Positions 13,228-25,320 of a DNA stretch of 64,000 nucleotides are shown here, one piece after another. Made by a program: the position numbers and the translations under genes. A model generated the notes under the pieces. It saw nothing but the letters and a program-made list of their open reading frames with translations. It ran no database searches and was not told where the DNA came from. This stretch comes from Stylophora pistillata (taxonomy: Eukaryota), in assembly GCF_002571385.2 (NCBI RefSeq), contig NW_019217821.1:510980-574979 (forward strand), given 5' to 3'. The stretch's first letter is position 1. Every line of letters starts with the position of its first letter.

Positions 13228-16200
13228 TTACTTTCATAAGGATAATTTTGATGCACGTTTTCTGAAATTCTTTCAATACGAACTAGTAGTTGCTTTTGCA
13301 ACTTTTATATGTAGGTTGTTTTTGTTATCAAAGTTAGTTTGGGTCTGATACGAGTCTGATCCTAGAGAACCGAATTATTATGATTATTATTGTTGTTGTC
13401 ATCATTGTTACTAACTGAAGTGTGTATGCAATAGCTTTTCTTGGACTTTTATCAGACATTTTAAGCCTTTTAACATGAAAATAACAAAAATAATAATAAT
13501 AATAATGATAATAATAAGGGAGAAGGAGAGAAGGAGCAGGGGGAGAGAGAGCAAGTTGTATGAAGTCAATAATAAATGTCTGCATCACATTTTTTTATCA
13601 ATGGATCCAAGATTTACATTCCCTCCCCTTTAATACCTTATTTCCATTCTCCTGCTGCATCAGATTTAAAATTCAATTTCAAATATTACCTTCAGCACAT
13701 CAATAGCTAATTGGAATCCACTGCTAGCATTTGCAATCCCCATAGCAAAAGTATTATGAGGAATAAACTGCTGTAAGAACTGTTAAGAATAAAATAGGTA
13801 GCAATAAATGAGAGTGTGTGTAGTATGAAAATACAAATCACAAACGTGATTTCTCGAGTTCTGCAGATTGAGACATTTTCCATCAGTCACGCTGCTAATA
13901 TTTGACTACCCTTGTATATGTCAGAAAAAATACATGCCAAAAAAACCTTCCTCTAAATAAAGATCATAGTAAGATGCCGGGCAGACATTGTACATACTGT
14001 TAGGTTTCAAAAGTGACTGACTGCTGATTGCATTAGGTGCATGAGAAATAATTATAAAAGTTTGAAGAACAAATCCCTATCAATAACTAATCAAGTCTTT
14101 ATTTATTGACTAAAGAGAAAAAATTAATGTTATTAAACAAAGCTCTAGGAAAGTCACATACCTTTTTATTCTGTGTAGTGGCTTGCAGCAGTTGCTTACT
14201 GCATTTTTCAGAGGACTAAAATATAACAGTCAGTTTATTGACAAATGACTTCAGTAATGTTTCGCTTTTAACTCAGGAACTGACTTAGACTCTTAATCAG
14301 GGTTATAAGTAGATGACTTTTGGTAGGTTTAAGTACTGTAGTAGCATATGTAAAGTAGTGTAAGGAGCATATCAAGTTTTCCAATCTACTCCTTCTATTG
14401 AAAGCACTGTCATTAGTTCTTTATTTTATTTTGTTTTGCTAACAATGTAAATATTGAACACAACGAACATATGAAATTCATATATCTGAACTGCAGTTAT
14501 AGAGACGTATTTGTGCATGATCCTGGCAGTAAAGAGCACTATTGAAGCAATAGTTAAAATCAGACCTCAAAAAATTCAGGCCTGTACGGGATTCGAACCA
14601 CTGACCTCTGCAATACTAGTGCAGCGCTCTACCAATTGAGCTAAAGAGCCAACTGGGAGCAGGTCATCAAATTTAAGTTTTTTTAGTGCTAATTAAATCT
14701 GTATTAATTGTAGATAAAAATTCCAAGATTTTGAGGAGGGAGGGAACTTCCATACAAAGTTAAAAGCTCTAGAAAGAATAATCCTTATAGTTATTTGATT
14801 CTGAATCATCACAAAGCACAACTTCATGATGATAAGCACTTGTACATTGTATAAAACACTTTGTTTTTCATAGCCACAGCTTGCAGGAGGCAAACCATCT
14901 TATTTTCAACAGGTATTGTGATGTACAAGGATCTCTCTTATTTCATTGTTGTGGTCACAGCAGCAAGTAATAAAATATCTACAACTAATATGTATGAATT
15001 ATTCTTGGATAGTTACCTTGCCTATCTCCTTATTTTTCTTCAACTGACACAACATCACAGGTGCTCCTTTATACTACAGAGAAAAAATTTAATTTAAATA
15101 GTCCATTTTACAGTGATGCTGCATTCTTGCTTGCCAAGCCTTTCATCAGGAATGAAGCTATTAGGGTGACTTTGTTGTGATGCAAACATTGTAGCTTAGT
15201 TTTGAAATGAAAATTACTTTGTTAGCATGCTACCTAGATACTGGTCTCTGTATCACAACAAGGTCACCTTCAGCCTTACTCCAAATCAAAGGCTTGGCAA
15301 ATAGGTACATAGCTGTAAATTGGTTTATTGACTGTCAGTAACATAACACAAAACTGTATTGTACAGTACATAAATGCACCCTTAATTACCCTCACAAAAG
15401 AAAAATACAGTGCAATTAATGCTTCATTAAAACTAGCACTAACATTTTAAGAAAGCATATCAAACAGATTGCTCTGTTTTTAAATGTCAAATTCAATTTT
15501 AAGTCTCCATTGAGGAAAAGCTACAACAGAATGAAAGCCTCTGTTCCTATCAAATCCCTTTTTTCAACTAAATCAATCTAAATTAGGCTACTGATGTAGG
15601 AGTCACACTTTACCAACTCTTTTTACACTGCATCACAATTTGGCAATTTTAGCTTTTATATTCAAATGGCCAAAAAAAAATTAAAGAATATTATTTTGTA
15701 CTAACAAACTTACGGAGAGAGAAGCTTAATAAATTATAATCAAATATATTTCTTTTAAATAACTCCTGCAGTATTGATGTGAGTAAATTTATGAATGAAC
15801 TAAATACGAAAATCAAATATTAGAAAATGACTTTTAATTAGTTAAATAGTGATCACAAAAATTGAATTTGAAGCAAGTTGTTACACCTTTTGTTATCAAG
15901 GATTTAGTTGCAAGTTTATTAAATAAATAAACTAATCATACCTAAAAATCACTTACCACTGCAACAATATTAACAAAGTCATTTTCTTGCAGTGTTTCAA
16001 GCAATGACAATGCAGCAAGCTTAAGAATGGACAGTTTTTGACCAGCCATACTGCCACTCCTAATTTCACAAGAAGACAGTATTATCACCATGTAGACAAA
16101 AAGGTTTAAAACACTTATTTTGAAATTATTTAGAATATACCGAAAATATTTATATTTAATAGAATTCACTTGACAGTCTTGCACATTTTTATACTGACAA

Positions 16201-19200
16201 TGAATTGGTAAGTATAAATAGATCACGCAACTCAGAATTACAGTAAGTTCAAATTGACAACTTACTATCATGGAATTACTGATCACCATATAGATGAGCT
16301 TAATTATAACAAAACAGATACTTTAGGCTTGTTGAGTGACCATGGACATAGATAACAAGTAGTTTGGATTAAGTTTTAATACTTGATAAGTATGTACAAA
16401 CTTAAAGTTGGAGATTTTGACCACCTACCAGTCATTTAATGTACAAAATGAAACCAAATTATTTATACTCACAAGTCTAGCACCAAAATTAAGTCTTTCG
16501 GTGCACTTGAACCTTGAATATACCTATCGGTAAAAAATCAACCAAACCTGTCACTCAAATTTTCCACCATTAGCACCTCCCAGTTTAGCTCAATTGGAAT
16601 TGGTTAGAGCGCTGGATTGTTGTGCGGGAGGTCTAGTGTTCAAGCCCCAGCTGGACCAACACTCAAGGTCTTAAAATAACTGAGGAGAATGTGCTACCTT
16701 TCTATAATATCAAGAAATGGGTAGACATTAGTCTTCTTGGATTAGGACGAATAAACTGTAGGTACCATCTCCTGCATCTATTAATTAGTTAATTTGGTTT
16801 GGCAGGGGATGTTAAAGAACCCACACACGAGATTACTGTGATGTGGTCTGGCCTGTTTACTGGGAATTGGGGGAAAGGGGGCATCTTCAAATAAGTTTCC
16901 TTCGATTGATTGTAAACTGCTGATGCAGTCTGACCAAAGTCCCCCGAAAAGAGTTGTGATGGGCATTTGATCATATTCAAATGTTAATTTGTGCAATATA
17001 AATATCAAATTATTATTATGAAATCATTATCATGTCATATGGCAATTAATTCAGACAAGCTTGCGGTTAACATATATAGGGGCTTTTAAGATACTAGTCA
17101 GGGATCCAAACACATATTTTTTAAGGCACCACTTAGCAACCTAAAATCATAAAAGGTCAACAGACTGTTGTGTAATAAGCTAAATTATGCAATAATGTGC
17201 ATTTTTATTGGTCCTCAACTATGATCTCTTGAAGGACAGATGCATAACTGACAATCCTTTACCCCTTAAAAACTAGTATGAGTGACCAAAACAGATTTTC
17301 TCCCTACAATAGCAGTACAATGTCAAGCAAACAAGAGAAATATGTCAATTAGGGGATTACTACTTGATCCAATACCAAATTCTCCAAACTTGTATCAAAA
17401 GAATTGTATAGCAGACAGTAAGGAGAATTACTGACTGAGACGATCTTGAGAGTGAAAAGGTTAAGGAAGCTTAAGGCTACATCTCAAGACTTATGATTTC
17501 AACAACCAGAGAGAACAAAAAGAAAACTGTGGATCCCTTTTTTTATCTCAGAGTCTAGTCTTTTAAGCAAATTTTCAACTGACATCAGACGAAAAAGCAA
17601 GGCTGTGGTTTGGCAGCACCCGGTGGCCCCTGGCGCCTTACTTTTGCTCTTAGACGACTCACACTATGAAATAAAAACCCATGAAAATCTTGTGAATTTA
17701 TTCATGGTAAATTCGGATTTTTCACAGGATTTTCATGGTTAAATCAATGGCTTTTTCATGGTCTCAGTGCCATGAAAAATCTCATGAAAAACCTGTGAAA
17801 ATTTGCATATTCATGAGCCATGAAATATTGTGTAAAGTGACCAAGAAGCCATGAAATACCCATGAAAATGGCATTTCATGGCCTTTTCAAAGGTACTGAA
17901 AAACCCATGAATTTCATGTCAAAAAAATTCATGGTGTTAAAATTCACTGGGTTTTAATGGGTTGTAGGAAATCATGACCCTTGAATATCCTGTGAATACG
18001 TAAAAACTTCATTGACCATGAAAATTTTCCCTGAATTTTCATGGCCTCTCCATGGCATTTTCATGGCACATGAAAGTTAATAGCCAGTTAGTTTTCAAGG
18101 GGTTCTTGGGAATATGCAAGCACCATGAAAATTCCTTGGAGACCCCATGAATTTGGAATGAAAAAGTCTCCTCTTCACTTGTGCCAAAGACTATACACTA
18201 CAGTGTAGCTGTATGCTTGCATTTATAAAACTCTTGTGTGCTAAAATTCAAATGTAAGCTGTCAAGCAACATTTAACTTCCATGTTATACTAAAGCTGTC
18301 AAGCAACATTTAACTTCCATGTTATACTAGTACTGTTTGTTTTTGTTGATTCTGCAAATTGAAATTCAAAGATTTCTACTCGATTTTGACCTAACACTCT
18401 TGGGATTGAAGGGCTTGATTACAGTTCAATAATTGATTTTTGAATTACAATCTTGTTGTAACTAACTATAAATTGTACAGTAATGAAGTTATCCTTCACT
18501 GTAGACTAGCCAGCTGTTTGCCTTTTTTTGCTGGGCTCGCAGCAGTTGTCAAACATGACTAAAATAATCCTGAGACATTCAGCTTATTGATAGATTTATT
18601 TCATCGTAAAGTGTAAGCTTAACAAATTGTGGCATCCAAGTGACTGATTTGATTCTCAGTTTTGATCACGTACCGAATATCACAATTTGTACTCGCCACA
18701 AACTTTCAAAATCAAAGCTTTAAAAATGGCTGTTTGACCCTTGTACCGGCCAATCAATATGTGAACTGCACTCCATTCTGTTAACTCCACGGCGCCAACG
18801 ACTTGCTCTCCAGTTGTACCACTCGCACTGTTCTCATTTTCCCATTGAACAACAGTAAAACGCATCTTTAATTAAAGATGTTGTATTAATTAGGCAAAAC
18901 ACGAGCACGAGCGATCAACCGATGAAAAGTTCATTTCAAAGCTGAGCGCCAAATGGAGTTTTCTTTGTTTGCGATCACGAGTATGATCATGTGGATATTT
19001 TGGGAATTGTCATTGGCTAATAAATAGAATCTGCTGGCTTGCCCGATTGCATGCAGTTTCAACAGAAGCACGCAAAAATTGCTGACTTCTTCAACCGGTA
19101 CTCTGCCTTTGGACGAAGCTTAACCTTGGATCCATGTTTTGAAGATCATATTAATAATAGTGTGAACTCATTCTATGTAGAAATAATCGAGAAGAATCGA

Positions 19201-22200
19201 ACGTACTACAAGTGAACAATTTGGGGCCAAAAGTTATCGAGGAAACAAAGACTCGAAACCCTGACGTAAGTCCTTTGCTTCGACTGAACTAGCAGCATTT
19301 CCAACAGAGTCAGCTGCGTCTCAACAAAGAAACATTTGTACAAGAGAAGGGCGCGACTATGGTGCATTGGAATTCTCGCCTACAAATGGACATGCACATT
19401 CCAAAGCAGCCAAAGCGTTCCCATGTTCATGACTATGTTTATGTTTTATGATTTTGGCACATCTGTGGACATAGACATTTTTCATCACAATAAAAACTTC
19501 TACGATTATGGAATCCAAGAGGCCTTTGAGGTTAGAAAGCAAATCTATTATTGACACTTAGCAATTAACAAAACTGACTGCTACTTTATGAAAGATTCCT
19601 ACTTATGTTAAGAATTACTAAAAACTTAGTTTGAATAATAAATTTCATGATAAACATTTATATACATGTATTTTTATCTCTTGGTACATTTTGTATAGCA
19701 TACCTTTTGTTGAACCAAAGTTTTCAGCCTCTAAAATTACTCCTTGTTTTAAAATCTTAACACTGAAGATATTGAGAATTTCTTGGAATTATTTGATTGC
19801 CATTCATGGGGCATGAAATTAATTCTGGTGACTTTCTGAGGAAACTATTAGGTCATGAAAGTAGACTTTAAAGAAATTCATGGGTCATTAAAGTAGGCTT
19901 TTAAAGAAGTTAATGGGTCATGGAATTCATTCTGATGACTCTCAGGAGAAATTAATGGCTCGTGAAAGTAGACTTAAAAGAAATTCATGGGTCATGAAAG
20001 TAGAGTAAAAGAAATTAATGGGTCATGAAAGTAGAGTAAAAGAAATTCATGGGTCATGAAAGTAGGCTTTTAAAGAAATTAATGAGTCATGGAATTCATT
20101 CTCACTGGTGACTTTCAGGGAAATTCATGGGTCATGAAAGTTGGCTTTTAAAGAAATTAATGGGTCACGGAGTTCATTCTGGTGACTTTCAGGGGAAATT
20201 CATGGGTCACGAAAGTAGACTTAAAAGAAATTCATGGGTCATGAAAAAAATTCCCCTAATTCATGGAAAATTCAGGGCTTAAAATAACCCCATGAATTTT
20301 CATTTTGCAGTATTCTTGGACCATGAAATGATTTTCATGGGTTTTCCACTAGAAATTCGTGGAATTTTCATAAAACTACAGTTCATAGTGTCAGGAATTC
20401 TAGTTTTTTCATAAAAAAGCACATGCTGGGCACCCTGGATTTCACAGTTTCAGAGCACTGGGCTCCATTTAATTTTCCTGCTTAGTGCACAGCCTTGCAA
20501 AGACTTGACTCTTTAACTCCCAAAATATGACTGTAAATTCTCCCCTCTAGTTGTTGTACAGTTCATTCTAAAATGGTTATGAGAATTTGATGTTAGATCA
20601 TGATACCAAATTCTACCTAATATTGGTTTGAATGTTCTCATTTCCAGCCTGCTAGATCATGTATGGATAATTTACAGGGAGAAGTTACATGTTAATCACT
20701 TCTGGGATTTAAAAGGTTGGTATATATGGTGTAACAACTTAAATACAGCTTGCTACATGACAGCTGACAACACTAGTAAGAGCAAATTACCAAATTGGTG
20801 ACTTTTGCAACAAATTTAGTTTACTTAACAGTTTTTTCTTCTTTTCATGGCATTTGTCAAGATCCCAGCTTGGAGTGCTACTGACAGATGGGTGTTTGCA
20901 TTGGATGTAAACATTAATGTATTCATATTCATGTGTTTGAAGCAAAATACAAGGTACACATTGTTATATTACCAGCCACGTCTTCTGTTGTCAAAAGTGT
21001 CTGTGTCAGTATTTCTCCATTTGAAACCTAGGAATCATGAAGAACATCAATTTGCTGATTAACTATTTTGTTGAATTTGTCCAAACCATGTATTATATCA
21101 TTTTCCAGACTCAAGTTTGATTCAAGTCATGAAATACAGCAAGTTGTTGAGTGTTAATACCCCAATATAGAGACTTTCTTCATAATCAATAAATCTTATG
21201 ATAACAGTTTATATGAAATCCAGTTATACCTTGTGCATGTATATCTAGGATCTCACAGAGCTTGGGTTTGCAAAACTTTTGCAATTTGAAAAGAAGTGCC
21301 ATCTAAAACCTATCTCCAACAGTCAGATGGTGCCCAAAGAATTGCTCCCTAGCATAAGGGCTATAATTTCAAAACACTATTTTGTAGGGGGATTAAGACC
21401 TTTTGGGGAAGCTACAAAAAAAGATCATTAAAATTGCAATCTACCGGGATACACTCTGTAAACACCATCAGAGCTTCCAAAATACTGCCATAATAGTGTA
21501 TGGTCCTTCTGTTCATTTTCTTTGAAGTACTTATCCAGTCCATCAGTCCAGTTAATGGTATTGAGAATTTTCACTCCTATTACATAGAAAACAACCATGC
21601 AATGACTATGAGAAGACAGGATAAGAAGAAAGAAAGTATAAGTTGACATGCAAAGAAACACCTCGGTCTTTACACCTAATATGGTCAACAAAAATTTCAC
21701 TCTTCTGACTCCTTTTTGCTCTATGTATTAAGAAGAAGTATGCTGTAGCAGGCACCTAAAGTTCTCCTTAATGCTTTCAAGCTGGCCCCCGATTACCAAT
21801 GAACAAAGACTCTGGGGACAAATCCACATATCTATAAAATATTCATGATAAATTATGTGTCAAATCTTCAACACTTCAGTAGTTGGAACATCCTAGAGTT
21901 GAATGGACTGTAATAAAACTCAACCAGAATGGCTACTAATTACCCCTTCGTGCCATTAGTTTCTTAATTCTTATTGTGTCAGTGTACAGGTTGTACCATA
22001 GTCAGGGCTTGATACTAACAGTAGCCAACCAGCAGCAGACTAGTACAAATTCAGTTTTGGCCAGTGCTTTTTGATTTCCACTAGTTAGTTTATTAGCCAG
22101 ATTGGCTAGTAAACTAATTGAAATTGTTGTAATATCTAAGTTGTCAATAGTCACTTGGCTAGTAAGTTGAAAAGTTGGTGTTGAGCCTCGTAGTCCCTTT

Positions 22201-25200
22201 AACTACAGAAATAGGTTATAGAGGAACAGTTTTAATAAGCAAGGGCTACACTCACCCCCTTCGTAAACATCCGTTGGTATGTGCACTACACTGCTAGATT
22301 TGTTAATAGCAACTTTATCAGAAAACTTTGGGTCTTTTTCAAGAGCCAAGTCTTGCAGGTTCTTAGTGTCAAAATACTCAGTCTGAAAAAAATTAAGAAG
22401 GATGTAAATTCTGTGTCAGTTCCAGATCTAGAAGAGGAATAAAAAAGCTCAGAAACAAATGTCATCAGTTTGCTGGTGATCACTGCGTTACAGCACTCAA
22501 GCAAAAGGATGATACTGTGACTTCCTTTAAAGATACAGGTCTGGAGTAATGGGGCAATCAAGGAAGAGCTACTGTGGAGATGTATGGTGGGAAACATCCC
22601 TGACCTTCAAGCAGAGGGATGCTGAGGAAAAAAGGAGGGCCATAGGGAACCTTTTAAGGATCAAAGGCAAGGCCCACTGAGACACGGTGCTTAGAAAACC
22701 GAGAAATTTTTTCAAAAGCAGTCTCTATCCCACCTTCTGCATATGATAAACAATCTTAAAATTATGAAATTACTTAACAAAAATAATAATATAATTTTTG
22801 TAGGAAACCTTATTTTAATGCTTACCTAAACAATCTGAGTGCGGTATAATTTTGGAAGAAACAGCAGAATGAGTGGCTGAGGTCTTGGAGTATTCACCTA
22901 CTTTTTAAAATTTTTTCTAAAACTATCTTCCCCACTAAAATGCTGCCTAAGTGGTAACAAATGCTCACTAATTTCAAGTAATCTTGTTTAGGGCCAGGCA
23001 GGGGAGGGAGGGGGGCTTTCAAGGGATTTATCTATTAAAAATGAACCACAAGAATTGATTAGAGGGTTGTCAACCATCTACTAAGGGGTGAGGCCTGCCA
23101 ACTACCTTAAAGCCACTCATTGTTGTCAAGGAGTGAAACAGAATAGAATTGGAAAAAGAAGCAAACCTCTTTAATTACAGATCCAGTCTTGTAAGTGTAA
23201 TTCTTTCTGAGTTCTGCTGCCTTTGCAGCAAGATTCTATTCACAAGAAAAACAAAAGATCCAATAAATGTGAGTTCAAGAGTTGGCCACAGATAGCTATT
23301 ATTAGTGATTAACACATGGAATACTAGACATGTATGGTTCAATTGAAGTCTGATCTCTTTAGGCTATATCAAATATTTGTTAAATTACCCTTGTTGGGTG
23401 TTCTTATGGAACCTACTATGTCACAACAATATTATTACCACCAGAGGGTGTTGACTGCTAGGGATTTCTATCACAGAAATAATTTTTTCAAATTTCTCTC
23501 TAGCATAATAATTATTTAGTTATATCATATAAATGCAAAGTACAAATCCAAAACTAAATACATATCACCAAAAAAGGTGAATATCACCAAAACATTTCAA
23601 AGCTTGAAAGCCCGAGAAAAACCGTTGAACTTTTTGCCACATCAAAACAAAAATCTTGACCTACACTGCTCTTAAAATCTTTCACTGATCTCTTTGCCAA
23701 TCAAATGATAAATAATGTTAATGAATGCTTGGTCTACACTCGTCAAGATGGAGAGCATTTCATTAAGGTGTAGTGAAATGGGGCTTTCAAAAGATAACTG
23801 AGCCACAAAATTCAAGAAACACTTCACATGATAATTTCTGGAATTTACAACTGTTCTAAGGTGTCGAATCCGCCAACGATTCTTCATTTTTATAAGAAAA
23901 AATCATTAGACTTCTTAATTAGGATTTAAAAAATAAAGCAAAAACATTTGGGCAAGTATGTCCACCCAATTCCCGCATTAAAAATCATATCCATGTGATA
24001 TCGTCCATGAATAATTTTTTCACTTCCTCCCGTTTCCAAATCCGTAAAATAAAGGGGAGAATTAATTTTAGAGCATTTTGAAACGATCGAACTCAATTTG
24101 GCCATAATGTAATTCATGTCATATCCATCGTATACTTGAATTTATAGGTTATTTGCCACTGCCGATTTTTGTTTACATTTTCAGAAACATTCAAATCGAT
24201 AAGAAGGCAAACAATATAATTTGTGCGAAAAGTGTAATAGGGAATACGGCTTGAAATACGAAATGCAAAAAACCAAGAAATAGAAAACAAAATTAAAACG
24301 CCTATATATTTTTATTGCTATAAGCTACGTTGACTTAAAAGTCAGTTAAAAACATGAAATCCAATCAACTCTCATAAAAATTTAAAGGCCCGAAACTGTA
24401 GAAAACGCTCAGGTCTAGAAGAAAAGAGTGATTTCTTTTTATTCTTCTTGGGTTAGTATCCTTGTCTTGGTTAGCAGTTGCTTCAAAAGATGCGTAATTA
24501 TCTACGCCCTGTGTGCTTGCATGGATGCACGCAAGACAGGAAAACCATATTGTCGTCGGTTTCCTCTTTAAAAGGCAAAAAATGGAAACACATCAAATGT
24601 CAACGTTCAAAAGAAATTCCGCCTTGTACTCTGCGTTAGTGCTTTCGGCGGAATATCGAAATTTACAATCTATAAGTAACACTTTACTCCACACACTTTT
24701 ACTAACCATTTACCACATGCAACTTGATCAGACGGCAAAATTTAGCGGAAACTTACCTTGATAGAATCAATCTTTTCTTGCAAAATACGCTCCAGGCGCT
24801 TTTTCATCTCCTCGGCAATGGCGCTACCATTTTTCTCCAGAGCGGAAAGCTCAGACTGACGGTACTCCTGCAATAAAGGTGCATGCACGAATAATTCATT
24901 TCAATGAAGAGGAATATTTTCTGACGCAGGAACCAACTGGTAAAGTACAAAAGATTGTTTCCGTTATTTAACAGTATACAGAAGCAGTTATAAAAAGCGT
25001 GAGCAACAGAAGAAATGCAAACACAACACACCAACCTCTTGAATTTTGTTGTACTGGGTGGTATCGTTGAAGAACCCTGACAAGTTTCTTCGCAACTCAC
25101 CCGCCCAGGACTTTACACTGTAAAACAAAACGAAAATCCCCTCAAGTTTCCGTCGCAAAAAAATTCATACGCTTGCCGCATTCTCTAGGCCTGAAACTTA

Positions 25201-25287
25201 CTCGTCTATACTGAGAGATCCAGCTGTTTCAGCCAAGACACAAAAGACACTGAAAAGAGCGAGAAGCCTTGTTAAATTGACCGCCAT
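333..25287 (-). CDS. CACNA2D: Voltage-dependent calcium channel alpha2/delta subunit (3' end outside window; in-frame TAA at 514-516)
   Basis: Phase-consistent GT-AG exons: 25202-25287 (signal peptide MAVNLTRLLALFSVFCVLAETAG), 25036-25117 (VKSWAGEL), 24757-24867, 23167-23235, 22256-22382 (VHIPTDVYEG), 21445-21576 (LWQYFGSSDGVYRVYPG), 20973-21027 (FDNRRRGW), 16473-16523 (YIQGSSAPKDLILVLD), 15957-16059 (SGSM; VWA MIDAS), 15017-15073, 14162-14215, 13690-13779, 11566-11694 (AIILFTDG), 11071-11152, 10401-10450, 9631-9717 (WTPIYLD), 8226-8279, 7571-7651 (LLGVVGTDV), 6951-7025 (GYGFAINNNGFVLFHP), [unresolved exon(s)], 3574-3645, 3186-3250, 2695-2759, 2535-2586, 1392-1501, 503-593, 333-395 (VFVATHGG). 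These motifs are hallmark alpha2delta VWA_N/VWA/Cache sequences. Confidence 0.95.
850..1165 (-). mobile_element. SINE, same family as 54105-54412
   Basis: Shares CCCGGTTTCTGTAG..GAAGCGACT..CCTGGATGGGATGC and GAACACA..TTGAACCCGGAC. Confidence 0.7.
3917..4303. mobile_element. Foldback/MITE-like element with a long internal hairpin; inverted copy at 35756-36094
   Basis: AACAAATGGTAAACACCACAGCGTACACTATTGA...TCAATAGTGTACGCTGTGGTGTTTACCATTTGTT forms a hairpin at 3919-4108, followed by a segment bounded by TTTTATAACATAAC/GTTATGTTATAAAA. Confidence 0.8.
4425..4660. repeat. Two-copy tandem repeat of about 118 bp
   Basis: AACTTAG..TGCGATTGGTTCAGAAAACT..CGCCATCCTCATA.CTGCGGGAAAAC occurs at about 4431 and 4548. 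Confidence 0.85.
7188..7480 (+). mobile_element. tRNA-derived SINE (second copy at about 16578-16850)
   Basis: A box TAGCTCAATGG and B box GGTTCGAGCCC, followed by a body GGACCAACACTCAGGGTCTTAAAATAA...GTCTTCTCGGATAGGGACG shared with 16578-16850. Confidence 0.8.
8541..9376. mobile_element. Array of tRNA-containing elements: three tandem minus-strand units plus one inverted unit
   Basis: Units of about 180-235 bp at 8541-8744, 8744-8925, 8925-9142 (-) and 9143-9376 (+). Each has a tRNA-Thr-like cloverleaf with A/B boxes. The array is flanked by direct repeats AAAGTAGAAAGT (8521-8532, 9377-9388). Dispersed copies lie at about 14460-14668 (-) and 33280-33512 (+). Confidence 0.85.
10129..10292. 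mobile_element. Intact copy of the same MITE, inserted in another interspersed repeat (about 9940-10335)
   Basis: TIRs CAGGGCTGTG/CACAGCCTTG. The flanks rejoin into a reversed tRNA-like head (GAATCGAACCCGGGTCACAG...CCACTGAGCCATCCCTGC). Confidence 0.75.
11755..12592. mobile_element. MITE-like element whose right terminal repeat is triplicated (3 x 110 bp at 12265, 12375, 12485)
   Basis: 11755-11840 is the reverse complement of the tandem unit AGATTTGTGTCCCGAGTAACGATCCCAGACAAA...GAAATGGGGAATT. Confidence 0.75.
13185..13227. repeat. (AAT)n microsatellite
   Basis: About 14 perfect TAA units. Confidence 0.97.
14460..14668 (-). mobile_element. Dispersed copy of the tRNA-containing element
   Basis: Matches 8925-9130. 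Confidence 0.85.
16578..16850 (+). mobile_element. tRNA-derived SINE, same family as 7188-7480
   Basis: Collinear similarity to 7188-7440. Confidence 0.8.
17598..20497. mobile_element. About 165-bp MITE (CA(A/G)GGCTGTG...CACAGCCTTG) split by the CACTA insertion
   Basis: The halves 17598-17661 and 20391-20497 rejoin to match the uninterrupted copy at 10129-10292. Confidence 0.85.
17662..20390. mobile_element. Non-autonomous CACTA (EnSpm/CMC) DNA transposon, 2729 bp
   Basis: TIRs CACTATGAA (17662-17670) and TTCATAGTG (20382-20390), with a 3-bp TSD TCA (17659-17661 and 20391-20393). Subterminal arrays of CATGAAA/TTCATGGG motifs lie at 17670-18160 and 19800-20380. No transposase ORF. Confidence 0.88.
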
Positions 25288-25320
25288 CTTCACTCACTGT
25301 CGCCAACGCTATTTATATAA
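25281..25320 (-). promoter_or_regulatory. Core promoter of the alpha2delta gene (TATA-like element and AAGATGGCGG motif over the start codon)
   Basis: The minus strand reads TTATATAAATAG at 25309-25320, about 25-30 nt upstream of AAGATGGCGG (25281-25290), a YY1-like motif that contains the ATG. Confidence 0.45.

Noticed and set aside
13034-13588. Poly-Ile and poly-Tyr ORFs
   Set aside because: They are translations of (AAT)n microsatellites in an intron.
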